DNA of 64,000 bases from Spirochaetota bacterium (GCA_963664815.2 CAXXHB010000003.1:3104001-3168000); one strand, 5' to 3'. Shown: positions 10,325 to 21,316, numbered from the stretch's first letter. Numbers and translations are program-made. The notes: generated by a model from the sequence alone, not told the origin.

Positions 10325-11646
10325 TTGAATTCAGAAAAATCTCCATAATAATTGTATCTTTTCTTTTACTTTTCCTTTTTGACGGTTTACCGGCGGAACT
10401 CATTAAGGACAAAGATATTGTTTCCGCCGTTTTAGACGGTGATGCACCTGAATTTCAGAATGCTGTTGAATATATTAAACTGAACCATCCCGCCGCTATC
10501 CCTGCAAAACTGAAGGAAGAGTATCTGGATGACGACGATAAAGAGATAAGAACAAGAATTATTACCGCTCTCAGGGAGTACCCTTTTCAGGATCAGTCTG
10601 CGCTATGGACTGAAATGCTCCGGTCTGCAAAGGATAAGGATTCCGAAATTGAACTTATTGATTTGCTGGCCGGTACAAAATCCGTTGCTTTTACAGTGCC
10701 TATTGCAGAAAAGCTTCTTGTTCCAAGAGCAGAGGTAAGGGAAAAAGCCGCTATGTCTCTCAAAAAGAACGGAGACGACAGGGTATTCCCAGTTATTCTT
10801 TCTTTAATGCAGAGTAAAAATCCCATAGACAGGATATATTTTCTAGAAGCACTTAATTACCTCTACGATGTCAGATTTCAGAAAATAGCAATCTCGATGC
10901 TTGAAGATGCAAACAAATCTGTAAGAATATATGCCATCAAATGTGTAAACAACAACGCCGTTAAAGAAGCACTCCCCGCACTGAGAAAGCTTGTTTTGAA
11001 AGACGACAACAACGAAACAAGGAAAATGGGAATAGCATCTCTTGTATCATTTAAAGATACACAGTCATCTCCGATGCTGACCGGTATCCTGAAAGATCAG
11101 AATGCAGAAGTAAGACTCGAAGCAGTAAGGGCACTTGGTGAACTGAAATACTATACAGCAGCGGGTTCATTATCCGAGATGCTCATGAAAGACGAAAAAC
11201 CTGAAATAAAAGATGCGGTTCTTGATACGCTTATTTCATTTAAAAAAGCTGGTAACATAAGAGGATTGAAATATATAATCAACAACGACCCGGATCCGGG
11301 GATGAGAATCAAGGCTGTCTACGCCATTGGCGAGATAAACGAAGAGAGTGCATCTCTTGGAATTCTGAAAGAGGCAATACTCGATGAAAACTACAAGGTA
11401 CGCGGGGAGGCTTGCAGCGCTCTGAAATCAATAAAAAAAGGTGCAGTCTCAGAGATACTTATAAACCAGATTAAAACAGACAAATCAAGATACGTCAGAA
11501 GCGCGGCTCTTTACTCACTTGTAAAAATCAATGATTCAAAGAATGTAATTAAATTTTTTGACCTATACTCAACCGAAGAGGAACCTTTATTTAAAGAGAT
11601 ACTTCGTGAAACAGTCAAAAACAGTCTTAAAAAGTTTATCCGGTAG
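10321..11646 (+). CDS. Exported HEAT-repeat protein
   Basis: Signal-like N-terminus; repeats such as VREKAAMSL, VRLEAVRALGEL, VRGEACSAL, VRSAALYSL; GTGA overlap with the tetR stop. Confidence 0.85.
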   Translation: MIEFRKISIIIVSFLLLFLFDGLPAELIKDKDIVSAVLDGDAPEFQNAVEYIKLNHPAAIPAKLKEEYLDDDDKEIRTRIITALREYPFQDQSALWTEMLRSAKDKDSEIELIDLLAGTKSVAFTVPIAEKLLVPRAEVREKAAMSLKKNGDDRVFPVILSLMQSKNPIDRIYFLEALNYLYDVRFQKIAISMLEDANKSVRIYAIKCVNNNAVKEALPALRKLVLKDDNNETRKMGIASLVSFKDTQSSPMLTGILKDQNAEVRLEAVRALGELKYYTAAGSLSEMLMKDEKPEIKDAVLDTLISFKKAGNIRGLKYIINNDPDPGMRIKAVYAIGEINEESASLGILKEAILDENYKVRGEACSALKSIKKGAVSEILINQIKTDKSRYVRSAALYSLVKINDSKNVIKFFDLYSTEEEPLFKEILRETVKNSLKKFIR

Positions 11647-13504
11647 CCCCCCAGATTTTCCGTCTCAGCCCGCTCATCCTCTTCGCCGGAGTCAGAATCA
11701 TATCTTTTAAAACATCTTCTCCTGATGCTATAATAACTCCACAGCGCGCCCTTGTTACCGCGGTATAAAGCAGCTCCCTTGTCATGATCATGTTCCATTT
11801 ATCAGGCATTACGACAAGAACATTGTCAAATTCAGATCCCTGGCTTTTATGAATAGTCATGGCAAATGCCGTCTCATGCTCAGGCAGCCTTGACGGGTTT
11901 ATACTCCTCGTTTTACCCTCCCCGTCAGAGAAAACCACATCTGCATGGTTATTTCCTGAAACTATACCGATGTCGCCATTAAACAGCGAAAGCGGATAAT
12001 CGTTACGCGAAATCATAACAGGACGGCCCGGATAGAACTTTCCAGCCGGTTCAATAACTCCCATATTATAAAGCACATTCTCCGCCATTGCATTCATCCC
12101 CTCAATTCCTGACCAGCCTCTCCTTAATGCTGTTAATATTGAAATTCCGTTTATCAGTTTTGAAATCTTTTCTTCAATCGGAACACCGGAATAGTCCAAT
12201 ACAGAAATAAAGCTCCGGGCTATATTCCTGTAGCTGTTGGACACAGCTTCTATTGAAATTCCATCAGTCATATACACGTCGGGGTAACTTTCATCATGCA
12301 GAATATCTACCGCTCCATCTGCATCCCCGTTTTTAACAAGTTCTGCAAGAATTCCAATACCGGTTTTCCCTCCAAATCTCCAGCTTTTCTTCAGAACAAC
12401 CTGAGCGTCATTCATCGGTCCCGGTTCAGCATTTTCCGCCTCCGGGACAGATATGTTAATTCCTAGATGACTCCTTCCGCGATCAAGGAATCTTTTTGTA
12501 TACACATCATCCATTAAACCGCATAAATCGCCGAAAACCGCCCCCCCTTCAACAGAAGAAAGCTGGTTCCTGTCGCCAAGAAGTATAACCTGCGCGCCCG
12601 GTTTTAACGCATCTAACAGTCTGCACATAAGCGCCATATCCCCCATGGAACACTCGTCAACTACAATAACGTCGTGCGGAAGAGGATTATTCTTATTGTG
12701 CCTGAATTCATGAGAATCCTTTAAAGATCCCAGTAGTCTGTGTATGGTAAATGTTTCTGAAGGTATACTCATTTTTATATCATCTCCGACAGGGAGACCG
12801 GAAAGGACAGAACTCACCGCATCCTTTAAGCGTGCAGCAGCCTTCCCGGTTGGCGCTGCCAGTGAAATTGAAACATCTCTTCCGCTTTTTATTCCAGATT
12901 CCACAATCAGCGCAAGTATCTTTACAACTGTAGATGTTTTGCCGGTACCGGGTCCTCCTGAAATTACAGTTATACCACCTGAAAGCGCGGAATAAGCTGC
13001 CACTCCCTGCCAGTCTGTTTCACCATCTGCAGATGGGAAAAGAATGGAAAATGTGTTTTTTATGTCTGAAATATCCCCGGCATCTGATTTATTCACGGCC
13101 AGTCGTTTTATGTTTTCTGCGAGGAGGTTCTCAAATGAATTATACTTATGGAAATAGAGATTATTACCATCTTCAAGTATCAGCGGAAGATAGTCTCCCT
13201 CAACCCCCACTGCTTTACTTTTATCCAGAACACTGAGTATCTCCTTTTTGGAAGGTATTAATATATCCCTGTAATTATTTTCATCATCACTATCTTCCCC
13301 GAAAAAATATGAAAGTGGTTTTTCAGCAACATCATCAAGTGATAGGCATACATCACCGCTGTTCAACCTGCTGCTGAGCATCATCACTGTGAGTTTAAAC
13401 AGCGGTGATTCTTCACCACCGGCAGCTGACAGAAATTCCGACAGATGAATATCTATATCGCTGAAGAATCCGCTTTTTTTCAGATCCGCTGCTGTAAACT
13501 TCAT
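11636..13504 (-). CDS. recD: Exodeoxyribonuclease V alpha subunit
   Basis: ISGGPGTGKTS, AAPTGKAAARL, TIHRLLG, VVDECSM, TIHKSQGSEF, ELLYTAVTRAR. Confidence 0.95.
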   Translation of the reverse strand: MKFTAADLKKSGFFSDIDIHLSEFLSAAGGEESPLFKLTVMMLSSRLNSGDVCLSLDDVAEKPLSYFFGEDSDDENNYRDILIPSKKEILSVLDKSKAVGVEGDYLPLILEDGNNLYFHKYNSFENLLAENIKRLAVNKSDAGDISDIKNTFSILFPSADGETDWQGVAAYSALSGGITVISGGPGTGKTSTVVKILALIVESGIKSGRDVSISLAAPTGKAAARLKDAVSSVLSGLPVGDDIKMSIPSETFTIHRLLGSLKDSHEFRHNKNNPLPHDVIVVDECSMGDMALMCRLLDALKPGAQVILLGDRNQLSSVEGGAVFGDLCGLMDDVYTKRFLDRGRSHLGINISVPEAENAEPGPMNDAQVVLKKSWRFGGKTGIGILAELVKNGDADGAVDILHDESYPDVYMTDGISIEAVSNSYRNIARSFISVLDYSGVPIEEKISKLINGISILTALRRGWSGIEGMNAMAENVLYNMGVIEPAGKFYPGRPVMISRNDYPLSLFNGDIGIVSGNNHADVVFSDGEGKTRSINPSRLPEHETAFAMTIHKSQGSEFDNVLVVMPDKWNMIMTRELLYTAVTRARCGVIIASGEDVLKDMILTPAKRMSGLRRKIWGATG

Positions 13505-16500
13505 TTAAATAACCCCGTTGAAATATGCATCCATTTTATTTATTACACCGATCTCAGGCTTGTCGCGAAAAATTCCTGTGCTGCCCGGGCTATCCGGATT
13601 CATCCCCCTGACAAAAAAGTAATACACGCCGCCAAATTGTTCTTCATAGCTATATCCGGGAAGCCTCAGTTTCAGATACCTGTTCAGCGCAACGGTATAT
13701 ATATAGTATTGAAGAAAATAATTATGCCTCTCCATTTCTGCACCGATTTGCTCCTGCGAGTATTCTGCATATGAATTGCCAAGATGGTTGGACTTCCAGT
13801 CGGCTATATAGAATTTATTGCTATGCTGAAAGACAAGGTCAATAAAACCTTTCATCATTCCCCCCGGTTCGGACCGGTTATCAGCCAGATTGCGATAAAT
13901 CTTATCACAGTATCCCCCTCCACCCCGGAAGATCTCCCTGAACCTTCCGGAGTCAAAAGACTCCACGGGGAAATTAAACTCCAGCTCGCTAAGCCTTGAA
14001 ATGCTGTTTATGCCGGAAAGTTTAAGTCCCGAGTTTTCATCCAGAGTACAGTTTACAACATTGAAAAACATGTCTGAAATATGAACCTTCGATGAAACAT
14101 CAAACCTGTACTTATCAAGAACCATGCCGCATATATCATCAACATCTTCACGCCCTTTAACAGTAAAATCAGATTTTTCAAAAACTTCATGTATGCATAA
14201 ACCGGCCCTTGCCCCCGTTTCAAAACCAAAAATACCTGTTCCTTTCCCCTTACGCGCATGATACTCTGACTGGAAATCCTTCTCGTCTGATACTTCACTC
14301 ATAGCAGAAGATGCACCGGCTGCTATTGCACTGTAACTATGCGTTTTCCAGACACCCTTTACATCACCAGAGAACTCTCTGGCGGCAATTACATCAGCAG
14401 GATACTGTTCTGATATATATTGTTTCCCCTGTAAAACAACACCCCGGGTAAAGCTTATTTTTCCGTCAGAATCTGAGGAAAGAGCAGAAAGAGCTTTAAC
14501 AAGATTCTCTCTATCCTTACCGGTCGCATACCCCGAATCCTTTACAAAAATGTGATACGCCGCCGAACCGGTAAATAATTTATTAGGGGCAAACATTACA
14601 CGACACGCCGATCTCGCCCTTGTAAGTGCGACATACAGCAGCCTTACGTTTTCAGCAAGATCCTCTTTCTTTCTGGTATTTCTGACATCTTCAGGAACAT
14701 TTTTATCGATGTAAATAACCGGTCTGTATTCCTCTTTTTCATCGTGATATATTATATAATTATCACTATTGTCACCGCTACGACCAAGAAACGGGCAATA
14801 TACTATCGGAAACTCAAGCCCCTTACATGCATGCATTGTGATGATATTAACAGCATCATCATCACGTTCAAGACGCATGGAATATTTATCATCATCCGGT
14901 GGTGAAGCAATTGTATTTGCAAACCAGCCTACGAGTTCCTTCGGGATTAATCCCCTTTCATGTTCCTCCTGTTGCAGAATCTCTGCCATCTGATTTATAT
15001 TCGCAATCATTCTTTCCCCTCCTTTAAAAGAGAAAAGTCTGGAAGGTACAGACTCTCCTTCCATAAAAGCAGTTATCATGCTCAGGAATCCACCGTTAAT
15101 CCATATCTCCCTGTATGTATAAAATCTCGAAGCAAGAGTATCAAGCTCGTCAGTATCCTCAGAATGTTTTATAAAGCAGAACAGAGATTCAGCATTTCCC
15201 CCCATAACATCAGTTGAGGCTGCGGCCCTGACAAGCGCAGAAACCGAAGGTTCAGCAATTGCGGCAGAAATAAAATAAAGAGAGCGCGCCTCTTCTGTAT
15301 TGAGAACATTATCCATACCACGCGATACAGAGGGGATGGAATACCTGGAAAACGAATCCCTGACCTCTGCTGCCTGTCTGCCGGTTCTTACAAGAACAGC
15401 AATATTACCGGGGTTGATGCTTTTTTCACCAAGTTTATAGGGATTATCTCTCCCCCTGTTAATCATAAGCGATATCTCTGCAGCAAGCTGTTCCATCAGG
15501 TCTCTCCCTGCGTCAGGATTATCATCAGCAAGCCATATGTCAAGTGGAGTCGCAGGTTTTCCGCTTTTCAGGAGAATTTCCCCCTGGTTATCATCTCCGG
15601 GCCTCACCGGATGGAATTCGATCCTTTCGAATACGAAAGGGTTTGTGCATTTTTCAAACACCGAATTGATGCAAGCAATAAGCTCCCTTCTGGAACGCCA
15701 GTTGCTAGCAAGACTGTACCTGTTTTTCACATGATCAGCAGCCCTCAGGTATGAGAAAATGTCGGCCCCGCGGAATCTGTATATGGCCTGCTTTGGATCA
15801 CCGATGAGGAAAAGAATTGTATTTTCATTATTAAAAAGACGGTTGAATATATAGAACTGGAGATCATCGGTATCCTGAAATTCATCAATAAGGGCAGCCC
15901 TGTATCGTGAAGCAACTTTAGCAGCAAGAAGCTTTCCGGAAGGACTGTCCAGACCGTTCTTTGCATCTTTAATCAGGTCATCAAAAGACCTGCTACACTT
16001 TACATTTCTCTTTTCGCGTATAATATTGTCTATTTTCTCAAAAAGTCTTTTTTTCACCTGCACGAGGATTGATCTTCCCTTTTCATAATAATTATCATAC
16101 TCATTATATAATTCCTGACATATATCAAAAACTTCAGATTCCTGATACTCACGCCCTTTGAGAAGCGAATTCCTTATTTTATCCGATGTATAATTCTGAA
16201 ATTTATCAAATATTGCAAAGGGATTTTCACCTGCAACATATTCATCCATACTTTCAACAAGTGCATCCTTAGATTCATCTTTGTAGATATTACCCTTCAA
16301 AAAATTTTCCCTGAAGATTATTTCAACGACCTCTGTTTTGCATCTCTTCCATGCATCTGACAGTTTACTATAAAGTGAGAAAATAATTTTATAACTACTC
16401 TCAAGGTGTTTTATGTCTGCACCCTGTGTATCCGGTTCGATCCGCAGATCATCAGAAAGAGGCCTTTTCCTGTAGAGCTTAACAAGTTCATCAGGTGAGC

Positions 16501-17020
16501 AGTTATCCATAAAAAAAGATACAAATGCCGGCGATGAATTATAAAGCTCAGTTCTACAGAAATCAATTACACCGAGTTCAACCAGTTCATCATCATTAAC
16601 AATCTCCGACGTAAAGAGAGATCCGCTCTCGAAGGCGTTGTCAATAAGCATCTGCCGGCAGAATGAATGAATAGTGTACACTGAAGCCTGATCAAAGTTT
16701 TTAACAGCGGTCAAAACCCTCTGCTTCATAACAGCATTTCCGATATATTGCTTCATAAGCAGTGTAACAGATTTATCCCCGATTTCAATTCCTTCAATTA
16801 CATTCACAGCATCCTTCAGCCTTTCTCTTATCCTGAGACGAAGTTCCATTGTTGCGGGAATGGTAAATGTCACTACAAGAATATCCTCAATCCCAAAGTT
16901 TTTTTCAACGATAAGCCTCAGGAAAATTATCGAAATGGCGTATGTCTTGCCTGTACCGGCACTTGCTTCGATAAGATTTGTCTCTTCAATTGGTGATTTA
17001 ATTACATCAAATTCATTCAT
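13505..17020 (-). CDS. recB: Exodeoxyribonuclease V beta subunit
   Basis: IEASAGTGKT, LIDEFQDTD, GDPKQAIYRFRGAD, LYVALTRA, nuclease motif GFIDLVF...IADWKSN. Confidence 0.96.
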   Translation of the reverse strand: MNEFDVIKSPIEETNLIEASAGTGKTYAISIIFLRLIVEKNFGIEDILVVTFTIPATMELRLRIRERLKDAVNVIEGIEIGDKSVTLLMKQYIGNAVMKQRVLTAVKNFDQASVYTIHSFCRQMLIDNAFESGSLFTSEIVNDDELVELGVIDFCRTELYNSSPAFVSFFMDNCSPDELVKLYRKRPLSDDLRIEPDTQGADIKHLESSYKIIFSLYSKLSDAWKRCKTEVVEIIFRENFLKGNIYKDESKDALVESMDEYVAGENPFAIFDKFQNYTSDKIRNSLLKGREYQESEVFDICQELYNEYDNYYEKGRSILVQVKKRLFEKIDNIIREKRNVKCSRSFDDLIKDAKNGLDSPSGKLLAAKVASRYRAALIDEFQDTDDLQFYIFNRLFNNENTILFLIGDPKQAIYRFRGADIFSYLRAADHVKNRYSLASNWRSRRELIACINSVFEKCTNPFVFERIEFHPVRPGDDNQGEILLKSGKPATPLDIWLADDNPDAGRDLMEQLAAEISLMINRGRDNPYKLGEKSINPGNIAVLVRTGRQAAEVRDSFSRYSIPSVSRGMDNVLNTEEARSLYFISAAIAEPSVSALVRAAASTDVMGGNAESLFCFIKHSEDTDELDTLASRFYTYREIWINGGFLSMITAFMEGESVPSRLFSFKGGERMIANINQMAEILQQEEHERGLIPKELVGWFANTIASPPDDDKYSMRLERDDDAVNIITMHACKGLEFPIVYCPFLGRSGDNSDNYIIYHDEKEEYRPVIYIDKNVPEDVRNTRKKEDLAENVRLLYVALTRARSACRVMFAPNKLFTGSAAYHIFVKDSGYATGKDRENLVKALSALSSDSDGKISFTRGVVLQGKQYISEQYPADVIAAREFSGDVKGVWKTHSYSAIAAGASSAMSEVSDEKDFQSEYHARKGKGTGIFGFETGARAGLCIHEVFEKSDFTVKGREDVDDICGMVLDKYRFDVSSKVHISDMFFNVVNCTLDENSGLKLSGINSISRLSELEFNFPVESFDSGRFREIFRGGGGYCDKIYRNLADNRSEPGGMMKGFIDLVFQHSNKFYIADWKSNHLGNSYAEYSQEQIGAEMERHNYFLQYYIYTVALNRYLKLRLPGYSYEEQFGGVYYFFVRGMNPDSPGSTGIFRDKPEIGVINKMDAYFNGVI

Positions 17021-20000
17021 AATTCCACCCTTTCTTCATATTCTCAAATACAGGGGAATAAACCTTCAGTGCAAGATTGCAGAATTTACTTGTAATTGTA
17101 TATGTGTTGCCAAAGAGTTTACTTATATAGGGATCGTTCAGATCATTCCCTCCATACCTGCCATTAAAAACATTACCGGCTTTTTTTATAGCCCTTCCAC
17201 CGGGGTCACCCTTGCCGGGGCTGAAATATGTTTCAGCATATACCAGAGAACTCTTCGGGAACAACGGGATCGGCCTGATCATACCCTCTTTATAAATATC
17301 CAGAAGATCAGAAAGAATTTTTTCCGGGTTCGGGATTGTTTCCCACGACTGAATTCCTGTTTTGGAAATAAGATATGTGTCGCCGCTGAAACTCCCGGCA
17401 GTACACAATGCCAGGTGAGTAATCCACGCATAAAAAATATCCATCCCTTTCGCCATGGCATAGCGGAAGAAAATATTTTTCTTTCCGTAAATATTATCCG
17501 CAGAGCCGGTAAGGGTGAAATCTTTAATACCAAGATTGAGATTAATCTTTTCCGCCTTACCTTCAAGAACCGGGCTAAAGCTCCTGTAAAAGTTGTCAAC
17601 TTCAAAATAACACCTGTCATAAACGACCAAACCCGGCGTACCATGCGGAAGAACCCCTGATGCTTTTACAATATCAAAATAGCTCTCCTTATCATTGCAG
17701 TTAAGCAGAGATTCCATAATCCTGCCGTTCAATTTATACATTTCCAGTGTATCGGGAATAAATGGTTCCCCGTCTGTAAACTCATTGTTCTTAAGCTCAA
17801 GATAAAGACCAAGGCGTTTATTCAAAAGCGCTCTGGAGGGATTGTTCAGAAAAGCCGCAAGATCGGAGATGCTTATCGTTTTTTCATCATCTGAAAGAGG
17901 GGGGAGAGGCTTATCATTCATGAAAATATAATCGTGCTTTTCACCCGAAGCATATGACTGAGCACCCTCAACACGGCTCATCCGGTATGTAAAAAAACCG
18001 CTTTCATCTATAAAGTAAACAGGATTAAACGGCTGGATGCGATGCTCTTTAACAACATATTCCGATACTTTTTTACCGGTAGTTTCAACAAAGTAATTCT
18101 GATCTATATATTCCAGGAGTTCATTTACCACAACAGATGGATTAAGCCGGTTGTTGCCATTCATGCTCCGCCCGATATAGCTTATGAAGAGTCTTTCCCT
18201 TGCAGAAACCAGCGTTTCAAGAAAAAGATACCTGTCCTCATCCCTCACTGACCTGTCCCCACGCCTGGGGTTGCCTGAGGTAAGGTCAAAACTCAGAGAT
18301 CTTGATTTACGCGGGAATGCGGAGTCGTTCATGCCGAGAATGCATATAACCCTGCAAGGTATGCTTCTCATTGGAAGCATTTCACAGAAGGTAAGGCTGC
18401 CGCTTACAAAATTCATTCCGGAAGGGGCCTCTGAAAGTATTCTGTCAAAATACTCTATGATTACCTTCACAGATACTTTTTCAGCAAAACCCGACTCACA
18501 CTGCATCGATTTAAATTTATCCGCTGCCGCCACAATGGAACTGAATCCGGAAGGAATATCTCCTGCAATAAAAAGTGTGTTCAGGATAAAGATGATAATA
18601 CCGCTCCATTCTGCAAGAGTGTAGCTGTTCTTAATCATGTAATAGATATCTCTGAGCGAATTAAATAATGAAATAAACCTGCCGAGCACCTGCAGATCAC
18701 CCCCTTCAATCTCATGGTATGGCAGAATTCCAAGTGAGGTTTTCTCTCCCGGACCCATTATTCCCCCCATAAGCATTCTGCAGAAACCAAAACTCCATGT
18801 GTTTTCAGCAACTCCCGGGAGTCCCAATTCCTCTTTATACGATGCATCTATTCCCCAGAAGACGCGTGCTTCACGCACCCAGCGCGCCGCCAAATTTACA
18901 TCTTCGCGGCTTAAATCAAATTTTTTTCTTATTTCTTCACACTCTGCAATACTGAGTACATGAGAGGCGGTAAACCTCCCGTCACCCAGGGCAAGTATCT
19001 TAAAAAAAGTTTCGATACTAACGCTGGAATTCTTAAGCTTCCTGTCAACAATGCGGAAAGGTATATGCGGGATATCCCCTCCGCTGTTTCCGAATATTCC
19101 CTGGATAGAACCTGTATACTCTTCGATGTCCGGCGACATCACCAGAATATCACCCGGTGCGAGTGTTTTATCTTTACTCAGAAGGTCGAGTATATAGTCG
19201 TGAAGAACCTCCGTCTCTCTCATCGGGCTATGACATGAATTTATGGTGATGGAAGCGTCTTTTATAATCTGATCTTCGGTAAAAACATGGATTAAACCTT
19301 TTTGCAAGACTTCATTCATAGTATAGATATCATTTTGAATCATAGTAAGAAGAGATTTTCTCTCCGGCTCAGCAAAGAACCCTTCGGTATCAAGATCAGA
19401 CATTAGTATATTAAACAGGAAATCTCTCCCCACTCGTCCAAGAGATGCAAGAAGCGTATTCCCCTGATCTGTGTGAAGATACTCCTCCGGATCACCGGGT
19501 ATTATCGGGGAAGTTGAAATAATTCTCCGTTTCTCCTTCTCTGTGAGAATATTCCCCCAGTATTCCGGTGAAGGATTCAGGATAAAAAGATTGACATCTG
19601 AATACAATGAGGCCGCTCTCAGAATATTAAGGTGATATACGGGAAGATAGGATATACCGAAAACTGAAATCCTATCCGGGAGGTTCACAGGAGTAAATTT
19701 ATCTTCACCTCCCAACAGACTGTAGATTTTATAGAGAAGTGCCGGTGGATGCTCCCCCGCCATACCTTTAGTCAGCATACGCCATATTTCAGCCTGCCAC
19801 TCTTCTTTCATCGCGCCATTGTCCCAGTCGATAATCATTTCCGGCCTGAACGTCAGATATTGATCGAAGAGGTCAATAATCTTTGATGCAATCTGATAGA
19901 GTTTTATTCCTGTTGTGTCGTTTTTTATATAAACTGAAAGATCACTGAACAGCGGATTATTCCTCTCCTCCAGAATAATACCCGCGCACCTGAATGTCAT

Positions 20001-20273
20001 TATATCCCTGTCAAAATACCTTTCATCTCCGCTTCCAGGAAGAAAAGAGTTAAGTATTTTCCCCGCCATTTTATTCGGAAAATAATATTCATAGTTGGAC
20101 CATAATCCAAGCCGTCTGCTCATCTCGACTGTAAGCCACTTCATCATCCCCATACTCTGGAGAACAATCGTCTCCTTTGTAAAAACAGACAATGGTGCCG
20201 AAGAAACTATTTCAGCAAATTTATCCGTAAGTATTTCAAGTCTGTTTCCTGAGTAAAGTGTTAGTCCCGGCAT
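17013..20273 (-). CDS. recC: Exodeoxyribonuclease V gamma subunit
   Basis: LYSGNRLEIL, LFDQYLTFRP, LNPSPEYWG, CHSPMRETEVLHD, LPMRSIP, DRYLFLETLVSAR. Confidence 0.95.
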   Translation of the reverse strand: MPGLTLYSGNRLEILTDKFAEIVSSAPLSVFTKETIVLQSMGMMKWLTVEMSRRLGLWSNYEYYFPNKMAGKILNSFLPGSGDERYFDRDIMTFRCAGIILEERNNPLFSDLSVYIKNDTTGIKLYQIASKIIDLFDQYLTFRPEMIIDWDNGAMKEEWQAEIWRMLTKGMAGEHPPALLYKIYSLLGGEDKFTPVNLPDRISVFGISYLPVYHLNILRAASLYSDVNLFILNPSPEYWGNILTEKEKRRIISTSPIIPGDPEEYLHTDQGNTLLASLGRVGRDFLFNILMSDLDTEGFFAEPERKSLLTMIQNDIYTMNEVLQKGLIHVFTEDQIIKDASITINSCHSPMRETEVLHDYILDLLSKDKTLAPGDILVMSPDIEEYTGSIQGIFGNSGGDIPHIPFRIVDRKLKNSSVSIETFFKILALGDGRFTASHVLSIAECEEIRKKFDLSREDVNLAARWVREARVFWGIDASYKEELGLPGVAENTWSFGFCRMLMGGIMGPGEKTSLGILPYHEIEGGDLQVLGRFISLFNSLRDIYYMIKNSYTLAEWSGIIIFILNTLFIAGDIPSGFSSIVAAADKFKSMQCESGFAEKVSVKVIIEYFDRILSEAPSGMNFVSGSLTFCEMLPMRSIPCRVICILGMNDSAFPRKSRSLSFDLTSGNPRRGDRSVRDEDRYLFLETLVSARERLFISYIGRSMNGNNRLNPSVVVNELLEYIDQNYFVETTGKKVSEYVVKEHRIQPFNPVYFIDESGFFTYRMSRVEGAQSYASGEKHDYIFMNDKPLPPLSDDEKTISISDLAAFLNNPSRALLNKRLGLYLELKNNEFTDGEPFIPDTLEMYKLNGRIMESLLNCNDKESYFDIVKASGVLPHGTPGLVVYDRCYFEVDNFYRSFSPVLEGKAEKINLNLGIKDFTLTGSADNIYGKKNIFFRYAMAKGMDIFYAWITHLALCTAGSFSGDTYLISKTGIQSWETIPNPEKILSDLLDIYKEGMIRPIPLFPKSSLVYAETYFSPGKGDPGGRAIKKAGNVFNGRYGGNDLNDPYISKLFGNTYTITSKFCNLALKVYSPVFENMKKGWNYE

Positions 20274-20811
20274 TTGACCTCATACCCCTTCCCTGATCTC
20301 CCTATAGAGATATGGAAATTTAAGATAATTATTTAAATCAAGAAAAGCTATAGTTTACATTAGTAATAATGAATATACATGAATTATCTAAAAGTTGCAG
20401 AAAGGTTTGATAATTCTGTGTTATAAATCAGATGCATAACCATATATAACATTATCACCTTTAATTTTTATAGAGAAACATTACTGTTTATATGCACAGG
20501 TTTTAAGTCCATTACTCACTCCTGTAATACTCTATTCAGATATACTACACAAATACACAGCAATTAAAAGTAACAGTCAAGAATTTTATCTCAATGGACC
20601 TGATTAGAGTTTAAGCTGTAACAGTTGCAATGCATTTGAATTGCCTATGACAATACATAGATTAAAATGATAAAACCGACCGAAAAATCGCCTCATAAAA
20701 TAAATTTTAAGATCCGTCGTAATTTAAAAAAATTATTATTATATTAACGCATTACATTACAAAATAGTGTTTTGATCATTTCACTATTTAAAATCAGAAA
20801 ACATTGTATAA

Positions 20812-20844
20812 ATATAAGTAAAGTGATATACACTTTACTTATAT
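20812..20844. repeat. Perfect 14-bp inverted repeat with 5-nt spacer
   Basis: ATATAAGTAAAGTG-atata-CACTTTACTTATAT. Confidence 0.85.
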
Positions 20845-20943
20845 AAACCTTAAATATCAAAATTGCATGATTATTGTTTTAATGATAAAGTCGCTCCGGA
20901 AACTTATACTATAACTGTTAACGATTGAATCAGTCCATTTTTC

Positions 20944-20995
20944 GTCATTCCCGCGAAGGCGGGAATCCCATAGAATAAGTATTTTGAGATTCCCG
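20944..20995. repeat. REP/dRS3-like palindromic element with truncated partner
   Basis: GTCATTCCCGCGAAGGCGGGAATCC (ATTCCC-N8-GGGAAT core), then a partial inverted copy GAGATTCCCG at 20986-20995. Confidence 0.7.
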
Positions 20996-21133
20996 GCTGA
21001 ATATTGATAAGTATTCAGCCGTTTTAAACAACAGTATTTATTATTGCAATACTTGATAATGAGTTTGCCGTAAAGAGTTTGAACGGGTGCAGAACCATAT
21101 GATGAAAGACTTTTAACACTACCGAGGTGGATT

Positions 21134-21316
21134 ATTAAAAATATAATCTTCGATTATGCCTGTTTAAAATGCGGACGAAAATTAACAGGAGCACAGGTGG
21201 GTCCTATTGAAGGCCGGATCCGCTATCATTGTAGTAATTGCAGCCATACAATAATAGTAGATCCGGGATTAACCGAACACGCAAATTCAATAGAAAAATA
21301 CAAAGCTGCCAAATAA
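21134..21316 (+). CDS. Small zinc-ribbon protein (60 aa), probable ATT start
   Basis: IKNIIFDYACLKCGRKLTGAQVGPIEGRIRYHCSNCSHTIIVDPGLTEHANSIEKYKAAK; two CxxC motifs; GAGGTG SD at 21124-21129; no in-frame ATG/TTG. Confidence 0.55.
   Translation: MKNIIFDYACLKCGRKLTGAQVGPIEGRIRYHCSNCSHTIIVDPGLTEHANSIEKYKAAK

Noticed and set aside
16860-17660. 266-aa plus-strand ORF and other long antisense ORFs (32404-33087, 33376-34074, 24054-24602)
   Set aside because: They are shadows of well-supported genes on the opposite strand, with no motifs or convincing SD.
11636-20273. recCBD as an acquired or defence island
   Set aside because: Intact canonical motifs, composition like the flanks, no mobility genes; RecBCD is known in spirochaetes.
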